A DNA stretch of 64,000 nt from a virus (lineage: Duplodnaviria > Caudoviricetes). The position numbers were made by a program, and so were the translations under genes. The stretch covers positions 2,220-66,219 of IMG/VR virus record IMGVR_UViG_3300047497_000053; one strand, given 5' to 3'. The notes below the pieces were generated by a model. It searched no databases. It was not told the origin of the DNA and saw only the letters and a program-made list of their open reading frames with translations. Shown here piece by piece: positions 46,805-55,944 of the stretch. How positions within the stretch are numbered: position 1 is the stretch's first letter; the number at the start of each line of letters is the position of its first letter.

Positions 46805-49201
46805 TTACGACTTATCCAAGCCCCGGTCTACATCCGCGATGATTTTGTTGGTTTTCTCGCCGACCGAGGACACGCTTGCTGGCTTGCCGGCCTCGTTCGA
46901 GGGTGCCCTAATCACATCGGATGCCAGCCGGATCGCCGCCTCGCGTTCGGCGGCCTCGCGATCCTGATCGCGGTTCTGATCCTCAACCGACGCCATGCGT
47001 TCTTTCACGGCCACCTCACGCGACTTCGTGTGAGCATCGATGAGTTTCGCCGTCGCCGTGACCATATCGGGCGTGTTGTCTTCAGGTTGTTCCGGATGCT
47101 GCGCCGCGTCGCGCTTGGGTTCGTAGGCGCCGGCCGCCATTTTCGCCTGTACTTCGTCGGCTTTGGCCTTGGCCTCGGCGGCGCGGGCGTTCGCTTCGGT
47201 GACCTTGGCATCGGCCGCCGTTTTCTCGTTCTGCATCTTGGCCTGCATTTCCTGCAATTGCGGCGGCGGCTGCGCGCGGGCTTCTTTCGGCACCATGAAT
47301 TGCTCGGGGTTGGCCCAGCCAATGGCTTGGACGGCAGCGGTGCAGATCGATACCGGATCCATCAAATTCGGCATGGCTTGTTGCAATTGCATGAGCCCCT
47401 GCACCTTCATGACGCGCTGACCCATGCTGGCCGTGTTGGGATCGGCCACAGGCACCAGCTCACAGTTATTGATGGCCTGCAAAAATTTATCCTCGTTCCA
47501 CGCCATGCCCGACTTGCACTTTTTCTGCCAGAAACTCGCCGGGTGTTCTCGGAAAACGTCCACCAGCAATTGGAATTCTTCGGCTTGAGACGCGTGCAAT
47601 CGTTTGTGCACCGAGTTCATGACTTTGACGGCTTGGTCAATGAGCGCAAGCGTCGTGCCCACGGGCGCGTCCGCACGGCCTTCGCCTACTTGCAGCTCGG
47701 ACGTGCCGCCTACGCGCTGGCCGGTCGTCACCATGTCCTGCACCAGCGCCATGAGTGCGGGCATGCCTTGCGTGTTGTACGGCAGCGCCATGATGGATTG
47801 CTGAATCGGCAGACCGCCCGTCTTGATTTGCGCCGCGCCACCTGGGGGCACACGGAAAATGTTGGTGTTTTGTCGAAGGCCGGTGTCCGACATGATAAAG
47901 CCGGGAAAATTCGCGTACATGCCCGAATCCAGCATTTCGCGCCACGCCGCCGTGACTGCGTTCGTCGTGTTGCCCAGAATGTGCAGCAATCCCAGATCGT
48001 AGAATCCAAAGCCAGGCACGAACGTGAATTTCACGTAGCGCTTGCGCGCGGTCGGTAGTTCTTGATCGTCTTGGTTGTAATTGCGCGTGAGCGCGAGCAA
48101 CTGCTGCGAGGATACGTCGATGGTCGCGACGTACGGAATCTCAAGCCCCGAGTCCTTGCCTTTGTGCCGGTGCGCGTAGCCTGGCACGTCCAATTCGCAC
48201 TGAATTTCGTAGATTTCGCGGTCGCGATCCGGGTCTAAGATGCCGGTATCGGTGATACCTGCGATTTCTTTTTCGCCCAACTGCACCGAATCTAATTCGG
48301 GCATGATCGGCGTGGACAGTTCCACGTCGCGGTACACGCCCAAAATCTGCAAACGCTTGATCGTTGAGGGGCGCATCATGACGCGGTGCGTGATGCGTCG
48401 GGCGTTTTCCAGATTCACCGCCGATTGGTTGACGATGATGTCATCCGCATCCACGGATTCGGACACGGGACGATTGCGCAGCGGGCAGAAATACACTTTC
48501 TTGAACGTCGTGCCGCCCAATCCCAGCATTAACAGCATCCGGTCGGTGTCCGGGTAATACTCGGTGGCGTGCGCGGTCAGGTAGTGATTCATGTCGCGTT
48601 CGTAGGCGTTCGCGAGCTGATCCTCTTTCAAGTCCGCGTTGTTATCGTCGTTGCGAATTTTGACCGGCCCATCGGTCGGCAAGAGTTCTGCGCGGGCGTT
48701 CGCGTTGAAGCGCAGCACCGCTTCCAAGAGGAGCGGGTGACGCACCTTGGACATGCCTTCAACGGGCGCGCCGTCGGTGGACCCTTGCACGTTCGGGATT
48801 TCAATCTTGAGCCCGAGCAACGTGAGACCTTGAGCGCGCGATTCGATCCAATCCTTGCGCGAATCAATGTCCTGGCGCACCCCTAAGAGCAGTTTTTGAA
48901 CGATGTGGGAGCATTCGTCGGCGGAGAGTTTTTGCGCCAAATTGCCGAACCATTCGTCGGGTTCTTCCGCCGCGCCAGCTTCTTGCAGCGGTTTTCCGTC
49001 CATTGAAATCGTGACGCTGCCGTCGGCGTGGTTGATTTTGACGACATTGCCCGCGTCGTCAAAATCGGGGATGTCATCGGTGTCAGAAGTTGTGTCAACG
49101 ATGACTTGGATGGGGTCCAACGACTCCGAATCAGGTTCACCCACCAACCGCAGATTCGCGCGGCCCATGCTGGCGGCGCCCAAGCCCGCCGCCGCGCTCA
49201 C
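46805..49201 (-). CDS. Portal protein
   Basis: SR.DW, HP.L.EA...F.A.A..EL.P..GPVK, F.PG.GFY..GL.H and PVGTT.AL motifs; follows terL. Confidence 0.9.
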   Translation of the reverse strand: MSAAAGLGAASMGRANLRLVGEPDSESLDPIQVIVDTTSDTDDIPDFDDAGNVVKINHADGSVTISMDGKPLQEAGAAEEPDEWFGNLAQKLSADECSHIVQKLLLGVRQDIDSRKDWIESRAQGLTLLGLKIEIPNVQGSTDGAPVEGMSKVRHPLLLEAVLRFNANARAELLPTDGPVKIRNDDNNADLKEDQLANAYERDMNHYLTAHATEYYPDTDRMLLMLGLGGTTFKKVYFCPLRNRPVSESVDADDIIVNQSAVNLENARRITHRVMMRPSTIKRLQILGVYRDVELSTPIMPELDSVQLGEKEIAGITDTGILDPDRDREIYEIQCELDVPGYAHRHKGKDSGLEIPYVATIDVSSQQLLALTRNYNQDDQELPTARKRYVKFTFVPGFGFYDLGLLHILGNTTNAVTAAWREMLDSGMYANFPGFIMSDTGLRQNTNIFRVPPGGAAQIKTGGLPIQQSIMALPYNTQGMPALMALVQDMVTTGQRVGGTSELQVGEGRADAPVGTTLALIDQAVKVMNSVHKRLHASQAEEFQLLVDVFREHPASFWQKKCKSGMAWNEDKFLQAINNCELVPVADPNTASMGQRVMKVQGLMQLQQAMPNLMDPVSICTAAVQAIGWANPEQFMVPKEARAQPPPQLQEMQAKMQNEKTAADAKVTEANARAAEAKAKADEVQAKMAAGAYEPKRDAAQHPEQPEDNTPDMVTATAKLIDAHTKSREVAVKERMASVEDQNRDQDREAAEREAAIRLASDVIRAPSNEAGKPASVSSVGEKTNKIIADVDRGLDKS

Positions 49202-49413
49202 CGGATTCCCATTGCGTCCAGCATCCGTAGCGGATGGGACATTTCATGCACGAATCGGTCTATTCCCGCTTGCGCCGCGTCCGAATCCGACCGCGCCATG
49301 ATTTCGTAGACCCGGCGCGCGTAGTGCGGCGGTTTGCCTTGGACAGTCACAGCGAACCGATACGGGCGTTCGGTGCGCGACAGAAGATCCACGGTTGCAT
49401 GACACAGTACCAT
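49198..49413 (-). CDS. Hypothetical protein
   Basis: Between terL and portal; GTGA coupling. Confidence 0.55.
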   Translation of the reverse strand: MVLCHATVDLLSRTERPYRFAVTVQGKPPHYARRVYEIMARSDSDAAQAGIDRFVHEMSHPLRMLDAMGIR

Positions 49414-49437
49414 GGCTGCCGAGAATACACGGCTTGG

Positions 49438-49451
49438 GTTTCCGTGGAAAC
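49438..49451. promoter_or_regulatory. Palindrome GTTTCCGTGGAAAC
   Basis: Intergenic after the terL stop; family member. Confidence 0.6.
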
Positions 49452-49454
49452 CCG

Positions 49455-51074
49455 TCAGGCGGGATAGAGGGGTTCGGCCTGTCGGCCGGGGTATATCTTC
49501 AAGGATTCTAATTCTTCGGCGCGTTCGGTGGCGCGACTGATGAGTCCATTGTCGCGCAAATGCCGCAGCGCCTGCGAAACCGTATCGGTTAAGTCATCGT
49601 GCTTGGAGTGCGGAAATTGCGACGCTTCCGAAATCACCATATCGGCAAACGTGTACTTGGGTGCATAAATAATCCCTTCCGCAAACAAGTGCTGCACTGA
49701 ATACAAGCGTGATAATTTGTCCTGCGACTTTGGGTCAAACAGTTGCACGCCGAATTTCTTGTTGTAATACAAGCGCCTGATTTCTTGCGCTACCGAGATG
49801 CCGGCCGCTTTGTTTTCAATGAGCAAGAGGTCCACCTTATGCTTGATGCAGCGGCGCGCGACTTCTTCCACCAGATTATGCAGTTCCAGCCGATCCCGCC
49901 ATGCATCAATCATGATGACCTTGGGTGCGGTCTCGTTGTAACTGCGGTCAATCACCAGCGGCCGGCCTTGCGGGTCCACCAATCGACCGGGATGCGCGAC
50001 GGTATCCGTTGAGAACACGCCCCAGATGGTCAGCGCCGAGTAATCGTTTGACGTTTTCATCGTGTAGGCGGTGTCCAACGACGCCAACACGAAATCAAGC
50101 GGCGGCAACGCTTCGGTTTCCCACACTTGCCACCACTCGCGCCGGATAATGCCACCGCCGATGGGTTCCGGACGCTGTTGCAATTGCCCATTCGCGATCA
50201 TCGGACCCAATGATTTTTCAAGCGACCGCACGGCCGCTTCGTCAAACCGTTCAGGCCAGAGCAATTGGCCTTCAACGGTGCGCGGATCGCTCCAGCCGAT
50301 GACGGTAGTGCGTGCTCGATCTGATTCATAGCGCATGGGCAGACAAAGATGAACCCATTCATCGCCGTTGGAATCCAATATGTAGCCAGTCAGATCATCC
50401 TCGGCCAAACGCTGCTGAATCACGATGTACGCGCCCGTTGCCATATCGTTGAGGCGCGTGCTCATTGATTGCGTCCACCAATCAATCGTCGTTTGGATGG
50501 CGGCTTCTGAGAAAGCTTCGCCGGCAGAATTCGGATCGTCCGCTATGATGCACGTCCCGCCCTCCCCAGTTACGCCCGCGCCGATGGACGTAATCAATCG
50601 TTCGCCGCCCTTGTCGTTGGTGAATCGTGACTTCGTGTTTTGATCGGATGTTAATTTGAAACGCGATCCCCAGCGTTCTTGATACCATTGCGATTCAATG
50701 AGGCGACGGCTTTTAACGGAATCCCGAAGCGATAGTTTGTCCGCATAGGACGCATACAAAAACTGCGCGCCTGGACCGCAGATGGGCCCGTGTGCGGGTT
50801 GCGCCCACACCCACGGCCCAAACGCCACAGAAATGAGGCTCGACTTGGCCATTCTTGGAGGGACGTTGACCACAAGCCGCTTAATATCGCCATCACAAAC
50901 GGCCTGCAGGTGCTCCGCAATCGCTTGCACAACCCAACCGTCTTTCCACGGATTCGGATCAATATACCGCCACGCACTTCTCAAAAACTGATACAGCGAT
51001 TGCTCACATTCGTATCGATTCACATCCAGAAGCTGCGCTTTCGGATCAAACGCTTGGCCGTTATAGTTCAGCAT
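49455..51074 (-). CDS. terL: Terminase large subunit
   Basis: NVPPRMAKS, IIADDP, QQRL...DL.G, QQ.P, DTA, IENKAAG and HDD..D motifs. Confidence 0.95.
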   Translation of the reverse strand: MLNYNGQAFDPKAQLLDVNRYECEQSLYQFLRSAWRYIDPNPWKDGWVVQAIAEHLQAVCDGDIKRLVVNVPPRMAKSSLISVAFGPWVWAQPAHGPICGPGAQFLYASYADKLSLRDSVKSRRLIESQWYQERWGSRFKLTSDQNTKSRFTNDKGGERLITSIGAGVTGEGGTCIIADDPNSAGEAFSEAAIQTTIDWWTQSMSTRLNDMATGAYIVIQQRLAEDDLTGYILDSNGDEWVHLCLPMRYESDRARTTVIGWSDPRTVEGQLLWPERFDEAAVRSLEKSLGPMIANGQLQQRPEPIGGGIIRREWWQVWETEALPPLDFVLASLDTAYTMKTSNDYSALTIWGVFSTDTVAHPGRLVDPQGRPLVIDRSYNETAPKVIMIDAWRDRLELHNLVEEVARRCIKHKVDLLLIENKAAGISVAQEIRRLYYNKKFGVQLFDPKSQDKLSRLYSVQHLFAEGIIYAPKYTFADMVISEASQFPHSKHDDLTDTVSQALRHLRDNGLISRATERAEELESLKIYPGRQAEPLYPA

Positions 51075-51758
51075 TTACGAATCGGCGTACGAATCCGAGT
51101 CGGAAGAATCGGAATCGGACCCATCATCGCCCGCCAGGTCGTCCAATATTTCAGCCGCACCCAATCCCGCGCGGGTCGCGTCGTCGGTCACCGCGTTCGG
51201 GCGGTTCACCACGCGCTCGCAGATCGCTTTCAACTGCGCGCGTTCTTCGTCGGTCAGCAACGATGAGTCAATCACGGGCGGCGCGGTCGTATCGTTCACT
51301 TCCACGCGCTTGGCGGCCGGCTTCCACGTATCGCCGCCCGCCCGCTCGAGCCACGCCAAGCCCACCTTGGCGGCCGAGGGGTCGTTGGTCGAGGTCGCGA
51401 TCCTGAGCATGTTCCGGGTCACGTTTACCATGGCTTCCGCTTCGCCCGCGATGATTTCGGCCGCATAGTGCTTCTCAATGGTCTGGACCGGGATACACAT
51501 GAGAGCCGCGATGTGCGAATGCGGCAAGCGCAGGCGCGCGTGCTCGCGCACCATGCGGGCAAATACGGGGGAGGGGTGCTCGCCCACGTTGCGCAGTTTT
51601 TCAATGCGCTCGGCGGTTTCGGCTTCGATGGCCTCCACGGTCTCGCGCATCCACGCGGCCAGCGTCTCGCGTTCGTCGGGGGCGACCGGCGGTCGGGAAT
51701 CATAGGGATCGTCCGCACCAGAGCGGCCGATAAAAGTCACGCGGGGACGGCGGGCCAC
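51075..51758 (-). CDS. terS: Terminase small subunit (probable)
   Basis: Immediately upstream of terL; IA.L..I...T..KHY..E...G and WLE motifs. Confidence 0.7.
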   Translation of the reverse strand: MARRPRVTFIGRSGADDPYDSRPPVAPDERETLAAWMRETVEAIEAETAERIEKLRNVGEHPSPVFARMVREHARLRLPHSHIAALMCIPVQTIEKHYAAEIIAGEAEAMVNVTRNMLRIATSTNDPSAAKVGLAWLERAGGDTWKPAAKRVEVNDTTAPPVIDSSLLTDEERAQLKAICERVVNRPNAVTDDATRAGLGAAEILDDLAGDDGSDSDSSDSDSYADS

Positions 51759-51823
51759 GGAGGGGCTGACTAGCGTTGCGATGAGGGACGGCGGGGCATA
51801 TCCGCCGACTATAGAACGATTGA

Positions 51824-51837
51824 GTTTCCTTGGAAAC
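51824..51837. promoter_or_regulatory. Palindrome GTTTCCTTGGAAAC
   Basis: Intergenic upstream of terS; family member. Confidence 0.6.
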
Positions 51838-51863
51838 CGATTAGGGGCCGGGTCGGCGACTCG

Positions 51864-52151
51864 CTAGTGGTAAAACGCCCGATACGAGGGCGCAGTCAGC
51901 ACCGCCTCGGCCAGCTTTTCAGGATGCGGGTCACCGTCGTAAATCTGCGCCACGGTCTGGTAGAACCGCACGTTGTCGGCTTCCAGCGCCTCCAAGAGGT
52001 CCGCCGCGCGGTGCAGCGCCGCCCCTAGTTGAGTCTGGGTGCCATCGGGTTCCACGAACATCGCATCGTAGGGCACGGCGCGCAGCGTTTGGGTGAGGTA
52101 ACCGACTTCGGAAAGGACGGCGGCGAGGGGGCGGGTGGGTATCATTGCCAC
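51864..52151 (-). CDS. Hypothetical protein
   Basis: AADLLEALE motif; operon context. Confidence 0.55.
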   Translation of the reverse strand: MAMIPTRPLAAVLSEVGYLTQTLRAVPYDAMFVEPDGTQTQLGAALHRAADLLEALEADNVRFYQTVAQIYDGDPHPEKLAEAVLTAPSYRAFYH

Positions 52152-52678
52152 GACATTGTTCTGCCTTGGGTTGTCATCCGGTCAATAGCGGCCATCACGT
52201 CGCGTACCCGCATCATGGGGCATTCCCAGACTTCCAGAAATCCGTTTTGCTGAAACCGATGAAATTCAGAAAAATCTTGTGTGAACATACCGCCGATTAA
52301 TTTCCACGATGGGATTTTTTCGCGTCGCTCGGATACGGATTGGCCTTTGCGGGGCGTGCCATAAATGGAACAATCCATCATCTCCAAAGCATACGCAAAA
52401 TAGACCACGATTCCGCCCGCGCGATCCTCGCCTAAATTGATTGTCTTTTCGTGCATCGGCCAGCAGATGCTTTCCGCGAAAGGCGCCCACGGAGTTCGTT
52501 GATACTGGCTCACTTCATACGCAAATACACACGCACTGCGCAACGGCACCAACCGCCACGGAGTCAGCTTGTTTGATAACCACCAAAACGGTTGGCTGAT
52601 TTTCATCTGCCACTGATATTTCCGTATGAGGCCGCGTAACCGTGCGGTCCATGCGGTCACGGCGGTCCATGCGGTCAC
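52142..52678 (-). CDS. Hypothetical protein
   Basis: 178-aa ORF in the minus operon. Confidence 0.5.
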   Translation of the reverse strand: MTAWTAVTAWTARLRGLIRKYQWQMKISQPFWWLSNKLTPWRLVPLRSACVFAYEVSQYQRTPWAPFAESICWPMHEKTINLGEDRAGGIVVYFAYALEMMDCSIYGTPRKGQSVSERREKIPSWKLIGGMFTQDFSEFHRFQQNGFLEVWECPMMRVRDVMAAIDRMTTQGRTMSWQ

Positions 52679-52688
52679 GGGTGACCGC

Positions 52689-52880
52689 TCACGGCTCCGC
52701 CTTCATGCGCTTGATGAACGCGTCCGCGATTTGGAACGCGCGGTCAACTATTGCGCCGTCACCGTTCCCCGTATTGCTCAGCAACCCATGCATGAACCAC
52801 GCCGCGAGCGCGAGTTTCATCATGGATTCGTCAATGTCGTCGGGCGATCCGGGCAGTCCGGGCACTTTCAGCGGCGTCAC
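52689..52880 (-). CDS. Small phage protein (A....M.GLL.N...AF.IADA type)
   Basis: Recognisable motif; GTGA coupling to the upstream ORF. Confidence 0.55.
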   Translation of the reverse strand: MTPLKVPGLPGSPDDIDESMMKLALAAWFMHGLLSNTGNGDGAIVDRAFQIADAFIKRMKAEP

Positions 52881-53269
52881 ATCGCCCCCTCGGTCACTTT
52901 CCGAAAATTCACGGACATGCTGTAGTAGCCGTTGGATTCGCCGCACCAGCGAATCGTCACGCCGCCTTTTGCCGTGTCAATTTTATAGAACGTCCACAAT
53001 GCCTCTGATTTGGGTTCCGCGCGACCTTCCGGTTTATCATGGCTTTCAACCTCCTCGGCAATCAAAATCGGGCTGCCGATGATATCCGCCAAATCGCCGA
53101 CAATTTCTTCAACCTCAACTGATTCACAGCAATCTTGCTCGTGATACGCCTGAAACGTTTCTCCATTGTCGCAGATGAAATCAATCGCGTAACCGCCCTC
53201 GGCAACCACCACTGAAGTTAATGTTTTGCCGACCAGCACATCAAACGTAGCCCGACCCCCGTAACTCAC
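52877..53269 (-). CDS. Conserved phage protein (HxQDCCE...WTFY...GESNGYYS)
   Basis: Distinctive conserved motifs; function unknown. Confidence 0.75.
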   Translation of the reverse strand: MSYGGRATFDVLVGKTLTSVVVAEGGYAIDFICDNGETFQAYHEQDCCESVEVEEIVGDLADIIGSPILIAEEVESHDKPEGRAEPKSEALWTFYKIDTAKGGVTIRWCGESNGYYSMSVNFRKVTEGAM

Positions 53270-53532
53270 GACTCATCTCCGCGCACCGGCAGCTCCGCCT
53301 GCAAATCATATCCGCTGCGCCGGCCGACCGTGCGCGCCCACTTGCCACGGCGTTCCAACAAACCCCGCACGTAGTCCTCCAATTTCAACCCAGTCTCCCA
53401 CGCCTCCATCGCCAGCGCCGCGTGCAAGGATTTTGACATGCGTAGTTTCATGAGCTCGGTGCGCGGTAGCGGCGGCCGGGCGCGCAGCGGCTTCGGCGGT
53501 GCAAGTCGTTCATATAAAGGTACCCGGCTCAC
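53266..53532 (-). CDS. Ribbon-helix-helix protein (HicB C-terminal-like)
   Basis: LRMSKSLHAALA.EA...G..L..YV..LL. Confidence 0.65.
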   Translation of the reverse strand: MSRVPLYERLAPPKPLRARPPLPRTELMKLRMSKSLHAALAMEAWETGLKLEDYVRGLLERRGKWARTVGRRSGYDLQAELPVRGDES

Positions 53533-53933
53533 AAGCGAGGACCGTCGCTCGAGCGACCGTCGCTCGAGCGACCGTCGCTTAAGCGACCCTGTGCGGCCCG
53601 CGCCACGGGTTCGTCCAGCGACGGCGCAGCCGCCAACCGACCTTTCGCGGCCGCGACTTCGCGCACGTGCGCGACCTCGGTGACAACATCGCTCGCGTCG
53701 GTGGCCGCGTTCGGTTCATCGTCCTCATCGTCGGGACCCTCGTCCTGGCCCACCGTCACATCCAGCACGTCCGCGCCCGCGCGCAGCGCCGTGTACACCG
53801 CATCGGCCGACATCACCGCCGCATCAAAGCGCTCGTTGGCCACCGCGCGCACGGCGCTATTTAACGACGCGGCGCGCACGTAGCGGATCACCGCGCCGGT
53901 TGCCACGTCGGTCACAACATATAATCGGGTCAT
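53529..53933 (-). CDS. Hypothetical protein with 15-bp C-terminal repeats
   Basis: GAGG RBS; SDGRS repeats at 53540-53588. Confidence 0.6.
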   Translation of the reverse strand: MTRLYVVTDVATGAVIRYVRAASLNSAVRAVANERFDAAVMSADAVYTALRAGADVLDVTVGQDEGPDDEDDEPNAATDASDVVTEVAHVREVAAAKGRLAAAPSLDEPVARAAQGRLSDGRSSDGRSSDGPRL

Positions 53934-54136
53934 CGTTTATCCTCGGCTAATTCGCCCTGCCCCACCTCGGCCTCGGACACCACCGCTGGCTTCACCGCCA
54001 GCGTCAGCACCCACGTCACGAAATCCTGGATCGTCATATCACGTTCGCCGGCCGCCGCGTGCAACTGCCGATGCACGTCGGGGCAGACGTGCACGTTCAA
54101 GCGCTTGTGCCCGAAGATTTTGCGGGGTCGGCCCAT
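53930..54136 (-). CDS. Ribbon-helix-helix protein (ParG/CopG-like)
   Basis: KRLNVHV.PDVH.QL...A....MTIQDFV..VL. Confidence 0.65.
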   Translation of the reverse strand: MGRPRKIFGHKRLNVHVCPDVHRQLHAAAGERDMTIQDFVTWVLTLAVKPAVVSEAEVGQGELAEDKR

Positions 54137-54150
54137 GATTTACTGGTGCC

Positions 54151-54209
54151 TCAATTTAATACTGGAATGGCCCATGGGTTAACGATCCTTCAATTTAATA
54201 CTGGAATGG
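54151..54209. repeat. 20-bp direct repeat tcaatttaatactggaatgg x2 (operator-like)
   Basis: Copies at 54151-54170 and 54190-54209, upstream of the RHH gene. Confidence 0.85.
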
Positions 54210-54220
54210 AGCATGTGTGA

Positions 54221-54249
54221 ATAGTCGTGGTTGCGTCAGATAATGTCAA
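54221..54249 (-). promoter_or_regulatory. Sigma70-like promoter TTGACA-17-GACTAT
   Basis: Perfect -35, weak -10; upstream of the 20-bp repeats. Confidence 0.4.
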
Positions 54250-54293
54250 CGGCTCTTGCCGCAACGGCGACCGCCCCGCACACCGCGCTGCGC

Positions 54294-54902
54294 CTAAACC
54301 CGACCCTTCGCGATCTGCTCATCGCGAATCAGAAAAAATTCGTCGCGGGACATGGGAAGCCAAGCGCCCGATATCCACCCACTGAAATTCTCATAGTCTG
54401 CCTCCCGGCTCTCCGTGATAAACCGGGGCGGCAGTCTTGAAGTCAGCGGCCACGCCGTCAATTTCTTCTTTGCGGGCTTTTCGAGCTCGCGCGGCGGTGG
54501 CTGATTGCTTGGCGCCGTTGCCAGCACTGCTGCCCTATTTTCGGGGCGCGTCGGGGCGACTGCCGTGACCTCGGTCTGCGTGACCTCAGCATCATCAGTT
54601 TCCCCGGTCGGGTATTTTGCGTCCTCCCTGGCCTGCGCCCGAGCCAGAATCGCCGCAAACCGACGCGCCTTGCCGGCCGGTACGTCAATCACGCAAGGCG
54701 TCACCTTGCCCCACGACCCTTCAACGCCCAGCGAGGTGTTCCTCAGTTCGTTGCGCAGCATACCGACCACACCTTCTTGAATCGTCTGTCCATGTTCGGC
54801 GAATAACGTCTCCAATTCTTCGTACATACTCGGTGGTACGAACACATGGAGCTTGACCCTCTTTTTGGTATCAAACTTGTCAGCGTAATACTCACGCGGC
54901 AT
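54294..54902 (-). CDS. Protein with N-terminal RHH-like domain
   Basis: KRVKLHVFVPPSMYEEL......GQTIQE.V...L; GGAG RBS. Confidence 0.6.
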   Translation of the reverse strand: MPREYYADKFDTKKRVKLHVFVPPSMYEELETLFAEHGQTIQEGVVGMLRNELRNTSLGVEGSWGKVTPCVIDVPAGKARRFAAILARAQAREDAKYPTGETDDAEVTQTEVTAVAPTRPENRAAVLATAPSNQPPPRELEKPAKKKLTAWPLTSRLPPRFITESREADYENFSGWISGAWLPMSRDEFFLIRDEQIAKGRV

Positions 54903-54919
54903 ATCTTTCTCCGGTTACA

Positions 54920-55285
54920 TGGTATGTGACTGTATGTATCATTTATTGTGAACCTAATCAGTGGTTTTTTGTGTGGGTGTTGCTGTAACTGGGTTGGCCA
55001 TATTTTAAGTGACTGGCTTGGTTACCTTTTAAGTGAGTGTTTGTGTCTCTGTGAGTGTCACATTTCGTGTGGGTGTATCAGTGCCTTACAATCCCATTTA
55101 TACACTCACATGTTGAGTAATAGGATATGCTCCTGTATCGGTGACTGTTCAAGTGCGTTTATGAGTCACATTTATGGTGAGTGTTTATGCCACTCACATG
55201 GTGGCAGTTAATACACCAAATCAGTGATACCCCGGATACTCAATCAGTCACATACCTTGGTACACGTAGTGTGATATACATTACA
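54920..55285. repeat. AT-rich array of TGA[GC]T / A[CG]TCA boxes
   Basis: At least 12 copies in both orientations in non-coding DNA. Confidence 0.7.
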
Positions 55286-55637
55286 CCATTACAGGTACGG
55301 TGCCGGTATGCGGTCGGCGCAAAGAACCAGTACTTCGGGTCCCTCGCTGGCTAAAAAGCGGGGGTACCCCACCCCCAAAAACCTGGCAGGAAACGGGCGG
55401 GCGCCTATTGGGAGGGTGTGTTCGTTTCGGCCGGCGCGTCGCTCAGCATCGCGGCGATCGATCCAGGGCCGTAAATGCGCCCAGATGGCGCTAGGTAGCC
55501 CGCTGCGCTGAGTTCTCCAGCTATGCCGCGTTAATGTCAGCCCTTGGGCTAGGGGCTGGCTGGCGAGCGCTTGAGCGGCTGGCGACGCGAGACAGCGCCG
55601 ATCCGTGGCGACGGCCGAATGCGATTGATGCATTGCG

Positions 55638-55665
55638 GCATCGCATAATAACCATTATGTTAAAT
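55638..55665 (+). other. dif-like XerC/XerD recombination site
   Basis: GCATCGCATAA-TAACCA-TTATGTTAAAT. XerD arm is identical to E. coli dif, XerC arm shares CGCATAA, spacer is 6 bp. Confidence 0.85.
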
Positions 55666-55944
55666 TAAAATCAGCGTTTCACGCGCCTGAACAGCCAATT
55701 CGACCCATTTTGTAACAGCGCGCTAATACAAATGTCGCGTTTGAGATGGTTTATTGCGCAGATTATGCGGCATCACATGCCGGTAATTTATCCACTCTGC
55801 GGTCATTTGCCGATCTGGTTTGCGAGATCGCGAGCGTGGCGAGGGCGATTGGCCCGCATATATGAATCAAATTCATACAAACCGCCGTTTTTTATGAAAT
55901 CCGCTCATGTTGACGACCGACGTATAAGAGGTCATTTGTTGCGT

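Noticed and set aside
46778-48058. 426-aa + strand ORF
   Set aside because: Antisense to the portal gene, with no recognisable motifs; expected in GC-rich DNA.
50840-50870. Terminase Walker A reading PPRMAKS instead of PPRxGKS, suggesting an inactive enzyme
   Set aside because: All other ATPase and nuclease motifs are intact; one substitution is weak evidence.
54948-55211. Cys/His-rich 87-aa ORF (metallothionein-like)
   Set aside because: The composition follows from the TGAGTG/TGTG DNA motif array; no RBS and opposite to the local gene direction.
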